This document shows positions 9,292 to 18,979 of a stretch of DNA of 64,000 bases, in pieces. The notes beneath the pieces were generated by a model. It did not search any database and was not told the origin of the DNA. It was given only the letters and a program-made list of their open reading frames with translations. The position numbers and the translations under genes are program-made. Positions within the stretch are counted from its first letter, which is position 1. Each line of letters starts with the position of its first letter. The DNA is from Gemmatimonadota bacterium (GTDB lineage: Bacteria; Gemmatimonadota; Gemmatimonadetes; JACCXV01; JAHWKZ01): contig DASTCA010000037.1 in assembly GCA_035711625.1 (NCBI GenBank), positions 71,074-135,073 on the forward strand. The letters run 5' to 3'.

Positions 9292-12056
9292 ATCGCCGGC
9301 TCGGAATTTTCATTGCAGGGGCGATCTTCTTTCTCCTGATCGTCTTCGGCTCGACCGTCAACACCATCGTTGATGTGCTGTGGTTCGGTGAGCTGGGGTA
9401 CGATGAGGTGTTCTGGTCAGCCTTCTGGGCGCGCCTGTGGGTTCGACTGGCGGCCGGGGCGTTCATCTTCGTGTTTTTCTTCGTCAATCTGCGCCTCGCC
9501 GCCTCCTCGTTCGGCTCGATCCGCCGACGAATCTCGAACATCGAGATTCACGAAGAGATCCCTGGGCGCTGGTTGACGCTGACCGCGATGGCGGGGGCGG
9601 CGTTCCTCGCCTTCCTGTTCAGTGCCGCGGTCAGCGGTCAATGGCTGAACGTCCTCGTCTGGCTCGAGCAAAAGCCCTTCGATCTGGTGGACCCGTTGTT
9701 CTCCCGCAACGTCTCGTTCTACGTGTTCACCCTGCCGCTCCTGCGGCTGATCCAGAACCTGGCGTTCCTGCTCCTGATCGCGGCCCTCGTCATCCTGGGA
9801 GTGCTCTACGTGACCAGCGGCGGGTTGGAAATAGCGGAGAACAGGATTCGCTTCCGGCCCGGGCCGATGCGGCATGTGGCTGCCAACGCCGCCCTCCTTT
9901 TTCTAGTGCTGGCCTGGGGCTACCGGCTCGACCTGTACGAGCTGCTGTTCTCGCGTCGCGGAGTCGTTTACGGGGCTTCGTATACGGACGTGCACGCGCA
10001 GGTCCTCGGATACCGGGTGCTGGTCGCGCTGTCCCTGGCCGGCTTCGGCGTGACGGTGTACGACGTCGTCCGTGGGCGATATGGGCTGACGCTGACCGCC
10101 TTCGGTGCGCTGATCATCGGAATGATCGCGTTCAAGGGCCTGTATCCGGGGGCGGTGCAGCAGTTCGAGGTGGAGCCGAACGAAATCAACAAAGAGGCGC
10201 CGTATATCGCGAGGAACATCGCCTACACGCGGCATGCCTTCGATCTCGCGTCAATCGAGAAACGGCCACTTGACGCGAGCGCGAGTCCGGAGGTCGAGGC
10301 GCTGCGCGAGGCTGACCAGATTCTGGCGAACGTTCGCCTGTGGGACTGGCGTCCGTTGCTCGACTCCTACAGTCAGCTCCAGGAAATCCGGCTGTACTAC
10401 GAGTTTCAGGACGTGGACGTGGACCGCTACGACCTCGGACAGGGTCCCCGGCAGGTGATGCTCTCGGCACGCGAGATGGCGGTCGAGGAGCTCCCGCCGA
10501 ACGTTCAGACATGGCAGAACCAGCACCTGATCTTTACGCACGGTTACGGGCTCGTGATGAGTCCCGTCAACGAAGTCACTCCGGAGGGGCTGCCCAAGTT
10601 CTACCTCGCGGACATTCCGCCCACCATGCACGACCCGCTCGCGTCGAGGCTCGCCGTCTCGCGGCCTGAGATCTATTTCGGCGAGCGGACCTCGGACTAC
10701 GCGCTCGCAGCCACCCGCGAGCAGGAATTCGACTATCCGCAGGGGGACCAGAACATCTATGCCAGCTACGGGGGCGACGGGGGACTCGCTATCGACTCGT
10801 GGTGGAAGCGCGGGTTGTTCGCCTGGTACCTGGGCTCGCTGAAGGTCCTGCTCACGGACGCTATCAACGACGATTCCAGGCTCATGCTTCATCGCCAGAT
10901 CCAGGAACGCGTCCGGCGGCTGGCTCCGTTCCTCGAGTACGATGCGGATCCTTACCTCGTGCTCCTCGACGGGCGGCTCATCTGGATCCAGGACGCGTAC
11001 ACGGTCTCGGACCACTACCCGTACTCGGAGGCACTGGTCGCGTTCGGGAACCGCGTGCGTCTGAACTACGTCCGGAATAGCGTGAAGGTCGTCATCGACG
11101 CTTACCACGGCGACGTGACGTTCTACGCCTGGGACCTGGACGATCCGATCCTCGCGACATACCGGGCAGTGTTCCCGACCCTGTTCACCTCGGCGGACTC
11201 CATGCCCGCCGGTCTCCGGGCCCACCTGCGGTATCCGCAGGACCTGTTCTCGATCCAGGCCGAGGTCTTGCGGGCGTATCACATGTTGGATTCCAAAGTG
11301 TTCTACAACCGCGAGGACCTGTGGAACATACCGAACGAGATCTATCAGGGTCAGCCGACGACGATGATTCCGTACTACGTGCTGCTCCAGCTTCCCGACG
11401 ACGACGGCCCGGAGTTCCAGCTCGTGTTGCCGTTCACGCCGAACCGCCGCGACAACATGATCGCGCTCCTGGCCGCCAAATCCGACCCCGGAAACTACGG
11501 TCGCCGCGTTATCTACGAGTTCCCGAAGGATCGTCTCATCTACGGTCCCATGCAGATCGAGGCGCGGATCGACCAGGACCCGGTGATCAGCGAGCAGATC
11601 ACGCTCTGGAGCCAGAAGGGGTCGAGCGTGATCCGCGGCAACCTGCTTGTCATTCCGCTCGCCAACAGCGTGCTGTACGTCGAGCCGCTGTTCCTCCAGG
11701 CGCAGCAGAGCCAGCTGCCCGAGTTGAGGCGCGTGATCGCGACCTATGGGACGACGATCGTCATGGAGCCGACACTCGAGGACGCGATGCTGGCGCTGAT
11801 CCGACGCTCGTCCGGCGCGGCGGTCGCGCGAGAGGTGGCCGCCGAGATCGGTCTCGGCCCGGCCATAGGGCCGGAAGCGAGTGCGGCGGACGCGGGGGAG
11901 GAGCCGGCGCCCGCCGTGCCCGCCGCGTCGCTCGCGATCCGGGCGAAGACCGTGTACGACAGCGCGGTCGCGGCTCAGCGGGCCGGCGATTGGGCCGCCT
12001 ATGGCGAGGCACTCGAGGAGCTGGGCACGATCCTCGAGGAACTCTCCGGGCAGTAG
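9279..12056 (+). CDS. UPF0182 family multi-pass membrane protein
   Basis: 925 aa. N-terminal TM segments are followed by a large conserved domain (WDWRPLLDSYSQLQEIRLYYEF, HLIFTHGYGLVMSPVN) typical of UPF0182/COG1615. The GTG start overlaps the upstream gene by 13 nt. Confidence 0.8.
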   Translation: MGHLNRRLGIFIAGAIFFLLIVFGSTVNTIVDVLWFGELGYDEVFWSAFWARLWVRLAAGAFIFVFFFVNLRLAASSFGSIRRRISNIEIHEEIPGRWLTLTAMAGAAFLAFLFSAAVSGQWLNVLVWLEQKPFDLVDPLFSRNVSFYVFTLPLLRLIQNLAFLLLIAALVILGVLYVTSGGLEIAENRIRFRPGPMRHVAANAALLFLVLAWGYRLDLYELLFSRRGVVYGASYTDVHAQVLGYRVLVALSLAGFGVTVYDVVRGRYGLTLTAFGALIIGMIAFKGLYPGAVQQFEVEPNEINKEAPYIARNIAYTRHAFDLASIEKRPLDASASPEVEALREADQILANVRLWDWRPLLDSYSQLQEIRLYYEFQDVDVDRYDLGQGPRQVMLSAREMAVEELPPNVQTWQNQHLIFTHGYGLVMSPVNEVTPEGLPKFYLADIPPTMHDPLASRLAVSRPEIYFGERTSDYALAATREQEFDYPQGDQNIYASYGGDGGLAIDSWWKRGLFAWYLGSLKVLLTDAINDDSRLMLHRQIQERVRRLAPFLEYDADPYLVLLDGRLIWIQDAYTVSDHYPYSEALVAFGNRVRLNYVRNSVKVVIDAYHGDVTFYAWDLDDPILATYRAVFPTLFTSADSMPAGLRAHLRYPQDLFSIQAEVLRAYHMLDSKVFYNREDLWNIPNEIYQGQPTTMIPYYVLLQLPDDDGPEFQLVLPFTPNRRDNMIALLAAKSDPGNYGRRVIYEFPKDRLIYGPMQIEARIDQDPVISEQITLWSQKGSSVIRGNLLVIPLANSVLYVEPLFLQAQQSQLPELRRVIATYGTTIVMEPTLEDAMLALIRRSSGAAVAREVAAEIGLGPAIGPEASAADAGEEPAPAVPAASLAIRAKTVYDSAVAAQRAGDWAAYGEALEELGTILEELSGQ

Positions 12057-12064
12057 TCGGTCCT

Positions 12065-13483
12065 ATGCAGCAGAGCGCGGCGATCGCGGTGTCGGAGAGG
12101 TCCCTCATAGATCAGGCGTTCACGCGGGCGTCGGGGGCCGAGCGGATCGAGGGCAACCGGGTGTGGCTTCTCCGCGACGCCTCCGAGAACTACCCCGCTT
12201 GGTTCGATGCCATCGCCGCGGCCGAGCGGTACGTGTACTTCGAGAACTACATCATCCGCGACGACGCGAGCGGCGCACGACTGGCCGACGCCCTTTCGGA
12301 ACGCGCGGGCGCGGGCGTGAAAGTCCGGCTCCTCTACGACTGGGGGGGCGCGCTTGGGAAGACTTCCGGGAGGTATTGGGAGGCGCTCCGCGCAGCGGGC
12401 GTCGAGGTCCGGTGCTTCAACCCGTTCCGGTTGACGAGCCCGCTCGGGTGGGTTTGCCGGAACCACCGCAAGAGCCTGGTCGTGGACGGTCGCGCAGGAT
12501 TCATCACGGGGCTGTGTGTCGGAGATGAGTGGGCCGGCGATCCCGCGCGGGGAATCCCGCAATGGCGGGACACCGGAATCGGAGTCGACGGCCCGGCCGT
12601 GAAGGCCATCGAACAGGCATTCGCCCGCGTCTGGGGGCTCGTCGGTCCGGCGATCCCCGAAGGCGAGCGTCGTACCGGGCCGGTACCGGTGACCGGGAAC
12701 GTGGCGGTGCGGATCGTGGCGAGCGAGCCGAATCGCGCCGAGCTCCTGCGGGTGGACCAGCTGGTCGCGAGCGCAGCGCGCGAGACCCTCTGGCTCGCGG
12801 ACGCGTACTACGCTGGCGTGCCATCGCACGTGCAGGCAATATGCTCCGCCGCGCTCGACGGCGTGGACGTGCGGCTTCTCCTGCCGGGCGCGACGGATCT
12901 GCCGGTGGTGCGCGCGATCTCGCGCGCGGGTTACAGACCGCTCCTCGAAGCAGGTGTGCGGGTCTTCGAGTGGAACGGGCCCATGCTTCATTCCAAGACC
13001 GCGGTGGCAGACGGCCTCTGGGCGCGCGTCGGGTCGAGCAACCTGAACATCGCGAGCTGGCTGGCGAACTACGAGCTGGATGCGGTGGTAGAGGACGCTG
13101 GGTTCGCCGGGGACATGACGCGGCAGTACGAAGCGGACCTGGCGAACTCGACGGAGGTCGTGCTCGGGGCTCCCCGGCGAAAACGAGAACGCCCACGAGT
13201 CCGCAGGGGGAGCGCGGGGCGCGCGGCGGTGCTGGGGATCCGGTTGGGAAACGCGCTCACCGCGGCTGTGAACAGCCATCGCGCGATCGCCGCGCAGGAG
13301 GCGGGTCTCCTGGCGGGGGCCGGAGGCGCGGCGATCGTGGTGGCGATCCTGGCCCTGCTATGGCCGCGCCTGTTCGCGATCCCGTTTGCCGTGATCCTCG
13401 CATGGCTGGGGGCGACGCTCCTCGCGAGGGCGTGGCGTCTCCGGCGGGAGCGAATCTCCGGAGCGCGCAGCGAGGACGGCTGA
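12065..13483 (+). CDS. phospholipase D family protein, cardiolipin-synthase-like
   Basis: ATG 12065. Two HKD motifs (NHRKSLVVDG and MLHSKTAVADG..GSSNLN). C-terminal hydrophobic hairpin LLAGAGGAAIVVAILALLW..FAVILAWLGATLLA. Confidence 0.8.
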   Translation: MQQSAAIAVSERSLIDQAFTRASGAERIEGNRVWLLRDASENYPAWFDAIAAAERYVYFENYIIRDDASGARLADALSERAGAGVKVRLLYDWGGALGKTSGRYWEALRAAGVEVRCFNPFRLTSPLGWVCRNHRKSLVVDGRAGFITGLCVGDEWAGDPARGIPQWRDTGIGVDGPAVKAIEQAFARVWGLVGPAIPEGERRTGPVPVTGNVAVRIVASEPNRAELLRVDQLVASAARETLWLADAYYAGVPSHVQAICSAALDGVDVRLLLPGATDLPVVRAISRAGYRPLLEAGVRVFEWNGPMLHSKTAVADGLWARVGSSNLNIASWLANYELDAVVEDAGFAGDMTRQYEADLANSTEVVLGAPRRKRERPRVRRGSAGRAAVLGIRLGNALTAAVNSHRAIAAQEAGLLAGAGGAAIVVAILALLWPRLFAIPFAVILAWLGATLLARAWRLRRERISGARSEDG

Positions 13484-13495
13484 ACCTCGCCCCCG

Positions 13496-14083
13496 CTACA
13501 GGTACTTCCAGTTTCGCGGTCTCCCTTCGGCCAGCCATTCGATCGTCGTCGCCACGCGCTTCTCGCGTGTCTCCGGTCGCTTCGCTTCCTCGATCCATTC
13601 CACATATTCGCGGCGATGACTGGGGCTGAACGCCGCGAACGCAAGGCGCGCCTTCGCGTTCCTTCCCAGCGCTTTCTGGAGATCCGCCGGCACCCTTACC
13701 TCACGCTTCTTCGGCTGTGACGCGCGCGGCGCCTTCACGCCCTGCTGGTTCAGCGACATGCCCTTCCGGATCCAACCGGTGAGCGTCTTCTTCGGTGGGA
13801 GGTCTTCGACGCTCCGAATACGCCCGAGCTGGCCCATCGCCTCCGTGCTCGGCTTCTCGACGATCAGCGAGCCCTTCCAGAATCCGAACGCGCAGTGCTC
13901 CTTGAACGCGGACATCCCGCAGAGGGGCCCCTCGTAGTCGAAGTACGGCATGCTCCACTTCATCGTCTCCCGGACCTCGGGGCAAACCTCGTGCACGACA
14001 TCGCGGAGCCGAGTCAGGATCGGCCTCGCGAACGCCGCCGACTCCTTGATGTACGCGTCGACGCGTGGATCCCGCTTGCCCAT
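13496..14083 (-). CDS. DUF1801 / YdeI-like domain protein
   Basis: ATG 14083 is preceded by AAAGGAGGG. MGKRDPRVDAYI..KWSMPYFDYEGPLCGMSAFKEHCAFGFWKG is DUF1801-like, and the C-terminal SPSHRREYVEWIEEAKRPETREKR is YdeI-like. Confidence 0.7.
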   Translation of the reverse strand: MGKRDPRVDAYIKESAAFARPILTRLRDVVHEVCPEVRETMKWSMPYFDYEGPLCGMSAFKEHCAFGFWKGSLIVEKPSTEAMGQLGRIRSVEDLPPKKTLTGWIRKGMSLNQQGVKAPRASQPKKREVRVPADLQKALGRNAKARLAFAAFSPSHRREYVEWIEEAKRPETREKRVATTIEWLAEGRPRNWKYL

Positions 14084-14097
14084 GTGCCCTCCTTTTG

Positions 14098-14523
14098 TCA
14101 ACCATCCAGCTCCTCGATCAACTCGACCTCCTCGGCATCCGGCCCCCGGACGAACGCGACGCGCACCCGGAAGGGCCGGTCGGTCACCTCGTCGATCAGG
14201 TCGAGCGCCGTCAGGGGCACCGTGACCTCTCCACCCGCTGTGACGGCTGCAGAGAGCGCTGCCTGGGCGTCGTCGGTCTCGAGCGCGAAGTGCCAGAGGA
14301 CGTCACGCTCGGAAGGACGGCGGGCGCCCGCCACGGATTCGATGAGCTCCACGCGCCCGCCGCGCGGAGCGACCATCAGCGCGAAGCGCCTTCCGCGCAG
14401 CTCGAACGCCGAGCCGAGAGTCAGTCCCAGACCGTCACGGTAGAAGGCGATCGAGCGCTCGATGTCCGCGACGCGGAGCGAGATGTGATGTAATGCGGCG
14501 TCGGAGGTTCTATCGTTCATCAT
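14098..14523 (-). CDS. VOC family (glyoxalase/bleomycin-resistance fold) protein
   Basis: HHISLRVADIERSIAFYRDGLGL N-terminal VOC motif. 141 aa. Lies directly upstream of the DUF1801 gene. Confidence 0.7.
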   Translation of the reverse strand: MMNDRTSDAALHHISLRVADIERSIAFYRDGLGLTLGSAFELRGRRFALMVAPRGGRVELIESVAGARRPSERDVLWHFALETDDAQAALSAAVTAGGEVTVPLTALDLIDEVTDRPFRVRVAFVRGPDAEEVELIEELDG

Positions 14524-14614
14524 CTACGGGGTAGTATCGGAGCGGCCCCCGCTCCCGCGCCAGACGCCCGGTGGTCCGGCGCCGTCCCGGGTGGGTGACA
14601 TCCGCCCTCGGCGG

Positions 14615-14643
14615 TTGAACCGGGCCCTGGCCGACCGTAGCTT
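14615..14643 (+). promoter_or_regulatory. candidate sigma70-like promoter for sucCD
   Basis: TTGAAC, a 17-nt spacer, then TAGCTT, about 80 nt upstream of the sucC ATG. Pattern match only. Confidence 0.25.
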
Positions 14644-14721
14644 GTCGGGCCGTTCACGGCTTCCGGCCCCCTTGCGCCGGCCGCTTCGCTCGGAGCGATC
14701 GATCCGAATCGAAAGGGAGAC

Positions 14722-15864
14722 ATGAAGATCCACGAGTACCAGGCGCGGGAGATCTTCCGCGACCACGGCCTCCCGGTGCCCCGGGAACGGGTGGCGGCAA
14801 CGCCCGAGGAAGCCGAGGCCGCCGCCCGAGAGCTCGGCGGCACGGTCGTGATCAAAGCCCAGGTCCACGTCGGGGGCCGCGGCAAGGCGGGAGGGGTCAA
14901 GGTGACGAAGAGCCCGGCGGAGGCCAGGGCGGCCGCCGAGAAGATCCTCGGCATGAAGATAAAGGGACTCGAGGTACGAAAGGTCCTGGTCGCGCCAGCG
15001 GTGGACATCGATCACGAGTCGTATGTCGGCATCATCATCGACCGGGCGAGCCGACGCCCGGTTCTGATGGTCAGCGCGGCGGGCGGTGTCGATATCGAGG
15101 AGGTGGCGCGTGAAACGCCCGAGAAGATCCACAAGGTCAGGATCGACCCCCGGTACGGGCTCCTCACCCACCAGGCGATGGGCCTCGGTTTCGCGCTCTA
15201 CCACGACCTGGACCGCGCGCGCGCCGCAGCGGGCATCTTCCGTGGCCTGTATGCGGCGTTCGAGGCCGTCGACGCCTCGCTGGCGGAGGTCAATCCGCTC
15301 GTCGTCACCCGGGAAGGCGAGCTGCTCGCGATAGACGCCAAGGTCAACCTCGACGACAACGCTCTCTACCGGCACCCGAGATTCGAGTCCCTGCGCGATC
15401 CCTCGTCCGAGGAGCCGGGGGAGACCGAGGCGCGGGAGAAGGGCCTGTCGTACGTCAAGTTGGACGGCACGGTAGGCTGCATCGTGAACGGCGCCGGCCT
15501 CGCTATGGCCACGATGGACCTCATCAAGTATTACGGCGCAGAACCTGCGAACTTCCTGGACATCGGGGGGTCGTCGAATCCTGAGAAGGTCGTAAATGCC
15601 ATGCGGATCATTCTCTCGGATCCGAACGTGAAGGCGATTCTCTTCAATATCTTCGGCGGGATCACCCGGTGCGACGATGTCGCCAACGGCATCGTCACGG
15701 CGCTGAAGCAGCTCGAGGTGGGAGTCCCGCTCGTGATCCGGCTGACCGGCACGAATGAGAAGGAGGCGCTCGATATCCTGGCGTCGGTGGGGCTGCCGGC
15801 GACCAACTCGATGGACGATGTCGTGCAGAAAGCGATCGAGCTCGCGCAGGGGGGCACGCAATGA
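14722..15864 (+). CDS. sucC: succinyl-CoA synthetase beta subunit
   Basis: [20 protein letters not shown] start, ATP-grasp motifs, [19 protein letters not shown] upstream. Confidence 0.95.
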   Translation: MKIHEYQAREIFRDHGLPVPRERVAATPEEAEAAARELGGTVVIKAQVHVGGRGKAGGVKVTKSPAEARAAAEKILGMKIKGLEVRKVLVAPAVDIDHESYVGIIIDRASRRPVLMVSAAGGVDIEEVARETPEKIHKVRIDPRYGLLTHQAMGLGFALYHDLDRARAAAGIFRGLYAAFEAVDASLAEVNPLVVTREGELLAIDAKVNLDDNALYRHPRFESLRDPSSEEPGETEAREKGLSYVKLDGTVGCIVNGAGLAMATMDLIKYYGAEPANFLDIGGSSNPEKVVNAMRIILSDPNVKAILFNIFGGITRCDDVANGIVTALKQLEVGVPLVIRLTGTNEKEALDILASVGLPATNSMDDVVQKAIELAQGGTQ

Positions 15865-16733
15865 GCGTGCTCATCGACGGTTCGACGAAGCTGCTGGTCC
15901 AGGGGATAACCGGCCGCGACGGCTCGTTCCACGCTCGCCAGATGATGGAGTACGGGACGCGGGTGGTCGGGGGAGTGGTACCGGGAAAGGGCGGGCAGTC
16001 CTTCGACGACCGGGTTCCGATCTTCGATACCGTCGCGCAGGCCGTGGCCGAGACCGGCGCGGACACGTCGGTCATATACGTGCCTCCGGTCTTCGCCGCG
16101 GACGCGATCTACGAGGCTGCGGACGCCGGTGTAGGCCTGATCGTAGCCATCACGGAGGGAATCCCCGTCCTGGACATGACCCGAGTCATGCCGTTCGTCC
16201 GGGAACACGGCGCGCGACTGATCGGCCCGAATTGCCCGGGCCTGATCAGCCCCGGCCAGAGCAAGGTCGGCATCCTGCCGGGCCAGATCTGCGAGCCGGG
16301 ACCGGTCGGCGTCGTTTCGCGAAGCGGGACCCTGACGTACGAAGTGATCCATCACCTCACCGGCGCCGGAATCGGCCAGTCGACCTGCATCGGGATCGGC
16401 GGCGATCCCATCATCGGGACGAGCTTCATCGACTGCCTCGACCTGTTCGAGAACGATACCGCGACTCTGGCGGTCGTGATGATCGGCGAGATCGGCGGCA
16501 CCGACGAACAGGAGGCCGCCGAGTTCGTCCAGCGCGAGATGGCGACTCCGGTCATCGGATTCATCGCGGGACAGACGGCGCCCCCGGGTCGCCGAATGGG
16601 TCACGCCGGCGCGATCATATCGGGAAGCGAAGGGACGGCGGCGGAGAAGATGGAAGCGTTTCGCGAGCACGGGATCGCGGTGGCGCGACGGCCCGCGGAC
16701 ATCGTGGGCCTGGTGGAGGAGGCGCTTGGCTGA
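15861..16733 (+). CDS. sucD: succinyl-CoA synthetase alpha subunit
   Basis: ATGA overlap with suc[26 protein letters not shown] and the MGHAGAII phosphohistidine loop. Confidence 0.95.
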   Translation: MSVLIDGSTKLLVQGITGRDGSFHARQMMEYGTRVVGGVVPGKGGQSFDDRVPIFDTVAQAVAETGADTSVIYVPPVFAADAIYEAADAGVGLIVAITEGIPVLDMTRVMPFVREHGARLIGPNCPGLISPGQSKVGILPGQICEPGPVGVVSRSGTLTYEVIHHLTGAGIGQSTCIGIGGDPIIGTSFIDCLDLFENDTATLAVVMIGEIGGTDEQEAAEFVQREMATPVIGFIAGQTAPPGRRMGHAGAIISGSEGTAAEKMEAFREHGIAVARRPADIVGLVEEALG

Positions 16734-17634
16734 GCGCAGCGCGAAGCGGCCGCTCCTGACCGCGTCCCAGATCGCGCCGCCTCTCGAAGCCACTTCCTAC
16801 GCCGAGGTGCTCGATGAGTTGGCCGCGTTCGCCGCGCGTCAGCCGGGTGTCATGGAGGGAGAGAGGTTTCTCGAGCAGGTCTCCTCACTGGGCGCCGACG
16901 ACACGATCGCGATCGGAGGCGGTGCGTTCATGCCGCACCTGAAGTCGGACGCGATCGACCGCGAGGTGGTCGTTCTAGGTTTTACGCGAAGAGCGCTTCG
17001 CGTGCCGGCGGAGAGCGGCGAGGAAACGCGGGGGCGGCTGTTCGTTCTGGCGGCCGCGCCGCCGGACGAGCACGCGGCGTACCTGGCGACCGTGGCGTCG
17101 ATCGCCGGCGCTCTGCGGGGCGAGGGCGTGGTGGAATCGATCCTCGAAGCTGGAACCTCGGAGCAGATCGCGAGTCTTCCGCCGATTCATGACGCCCCGC
17201 GCATTCAGCGCCTGTCTGTCGTCGACGTCATGGATCCGGCAGCACAGCGCGTATATCCGGACATGGCGCTTCCGGAGGCCGCCAGGGTCCTGATCCGCGG
17301 ACGCCATTCGGCGCTGCCGGTGGTCAACAAGCGCGACGAGATCGTGGGCATGGTATCGGAGAAAGACCTCATCAAGGCGTTCCTCCCGGGATATCTCAGG
17401 ATCTCGGGCGGACCCAAGACCGAGGAGGGCGCGGACCGGGAGTCGGTCGAGCGGAGACTTGTTCGCGACGTGATGGCGAAGGCCGTGCTTTGCCTGCCGG
17501 TGGAGGCTTCGATCAGCGAGGCGGCGTCCATCATCGTGAACAAGAACGTGGACCCATTGCCACTCACCCGGGAGGGGAAATGGGTCGGCCTGATCAGTCG
17601 ACGCTCCCTAATCCGGAAGCTGCTCCAGTTCTGA
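16726..17634 (+). CDS. PTS EIIA(type 2)-like domain fused to a CBS domain pair
   Basis: The N-terminal ~150 aa look like PTS_EIIA_2 (..[22 protein letters not shown]..). The C-terminal half has two CBS-like repeats ([28 protein letters not shown] and [27 protein letters not shown]). The TTG start overlaps the sucD end by 8 nt. Confidence 0.65.
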   Translation: MAERSAKRPLLTASQIAPPLEATSYAEVLDELAAFAARQPGVMEGERFLEQVSSLGADDTIAIGGGAFMPHLKSDAIDREVVVLGFTRRALRVPAESGEETRGRLFVLAAAPPDEHAAYLATVASIAGALRGEGVVESILEAGTSEQIASLPPIHDAPRIQRLSVVDVMDPAAQRVYPDMALPEAARVLIRGRHSALPVVNKRDEIVGMVSEKDLIKAFLPGYLRISGGPKTEEGADRESVERRLVRDVMAKAVLCLPVEASISEAASIIVNKNVDPLPLTREGKWVGLISRRSLIRKLLQF

Positions 17635-17668
17635 TCCGCAAACCGAACCGCAGGTGGAGGAGGAAGCC

Positions 17669-18076
17669 ATGACCGCCGAGCGCACGCTCGCGATCATCAA
17701 ACCCGATGCCGTCGGGAGGAACCTGATTGGCAAGATCATCGCGCATCTCGAGGGGGCGGGGTTCGTGATCCGCGAGCTGCAGATGACCCGCCTGAGCGAA
17801 GACGAGGCGCGCCGCTTCTACGAGGTGCACTCCGAGCGCCCGTTCTACCAGAGCCTGGTCGCATTCATGACCAGCGGCCGATGCGTCCCGATGGTTCTCG
17901 AGCGCCACAGCGCGGTCTCGGCCCTGCGGGAGACGATCGGCGCTACGGATCCGGCTCGAGCCGCCCACGGGACGGTTCGTGCCCTGTACGCCGAGTCCGT
18001 CGAGAGGAACGCGATCCACGCATCGGATTCGCCCGAAAATGCCGCCCGGGAGATCGATTTCTTCTTCCCCTCCTGA
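17669..18076 (+). CDS. ndk: nucleoside diphosphate kinase
   Basis: ATG 17669 is preceded by GGAGGAGGA. MTAERTLAIIKPDAV..NAIHASDS motifs. Confidence 0.95.
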   Translation: MTAERTLAIIKPDAVGRNLIGKIIAHLEGAGFVIRELQMTRLSEDEARRFYEVHSERPFYQSLVAFMTSGRCVPMVLERHSAVSALRETIGATDPARAAHGTVRALYAESVERNAIHASDSPENAAREIDFFFPS

Positions 18077-18108
18077 GAGTCCGTGAACGGCCGGGGGGTA
18101 CGCGGAGG

Positions 18109-18138
18109 TTTGACCACTCGGGGGAGCAAACGTATCTT
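18109..18138 (+). promoter_or_regulatory. candidate promoter for yceD-rpmF
   Basis: TTGACC, an 18-nt spacer, then TATCTT, ending 9 nt before the yceD ATG. No Shine-Dalgarno sequence precedes that ATG. Confidence 0.25.
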
Positions 18139-18146
18139 TAAATGCT

Positions 18147-18674
18147 ATGTTCGTGGATCTCTCCCGGATCGATGGCGGGCGCTGGGAAGAGCGCTTCTTC
18201 ATCGAGCCGGCGAGCCCGGCCGTCGTGGGTTTCGAGCCGGAGATCCCCGAGCCGCTCGTTCTCGACGTCGAGGTGCGGAACCCGTCGGACGGAACGTACG
18301 TGGTGACGGGTTCGCTCTCGGGAACGGTCCTCGCCCCGTGCAGGCGCTGCCTCAAGCCGACCTCGATCCCGTTCGATATCCCCCTCCGCGTCGTGTTCCA
18401 GGAGGGCAGGCGGGACGCGGAGCGAGACGACGAGCCGGGCGACGACGATATCGTGTGGATCGAGCGTGGCGCGAAACGGCTCGAGCTCGACGAGCAGGTC
18501 CGCGACCTGCTGTTCCTCGAGACCGAACGATTTCCACTGTGTCGTCCCGACTGCAAGGGGGTATGCCCCGAGTGTGGTCAGGATCTCAACGTGGGATCGT
18601 GCGATTGCACGTTCGAGGCACATGATTCGCGCTGGAAGGCGCTGGAGGGGCTCCGATCAACGGAGCCTGAATGA
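18147..18674 (+). CDS. yceD: YceD/DUF177 family protein
   Basis: Cys motifs CRRCLKP and CRPDCKGVCPECGQDLN. Classic position upstream of rpmF. Confidence 0.85.
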   Translation: MFVDLSRIDGGRWEERFFIEPASPAVVGFEPEIPEPLVLDVEVRNPSDGTYVVTGSLSGTVLAPCRRCLKPTSIPFDIPLRVVFQEGRRDAERDDEPGDDDIVWIERGAKRLELDEQVRDLLFLETERFPLCRPDCKGVCPECGQDLNVGSCDCTFEAHDSRWKALEGLRSTEPE

Positions 18675-18736
18675 GCCCGGCCCGGTATGCCAGCCGGGCA
18701 AAAAGAGCAGGACCACCAACGATCGAGGGAGATACC

Positions 18737-18922
18737 ATGGCCGTCCCCAGAAGGAAAACCTCGAAGACGCGCAAGCGGAAGCGCCGCACGCACAAGCACG
18801 CCACCGCACCGACGCTGGTGAAGTGTGACAAATGCATGCAGCCGAAGTTGCCGCACCGGATCTGTTCCCATTGCGGCCACTATGCCGGCCGCCACGTCAT
18901 CGAGGTCGAGGAAGAGTTCTAG
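18737..18922 (+). CDS. rpmF: 50S ribosomal protein L32
   Basis: ATG 18737. MAVPRRKTSKTRKRKRRTH and the zinc-ribbon CDKC..CSHCG. 61 aa. Confidence 0.95.
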   Translation: MAVPRRKTSKTRKRKRRTHKHATAPTLVKCDKCMQPKLPHRICSHCGHYAGRHVIEVEEEF

Positions 18923-18979
18923 ACCGCGGCAAACCACGAGCAACGCCCAGATTCAGACCGCGACCCTGAGAGGAGCCCG

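Noticed and set aside
14524-14721. Riboswitch or leader RNA in the 198-bp region upstream of sucC
   Set aside because: I recognise no conserved riboswitch core sequence, and there is no terminator or anti-terminator pair. Only a weak promoter-like match was found.
14524-15861. 445-aa minus-strand ORF antisense to sucC, and similar antisense ORFs over fabH/fabD (18953..20479) and fabF (21947..23347)
   Set aside because: All overlap highly conserved housekeeping genes on the plus strand and show the Arg/His/Asp/Gly-rich composition typical of antisense frames.
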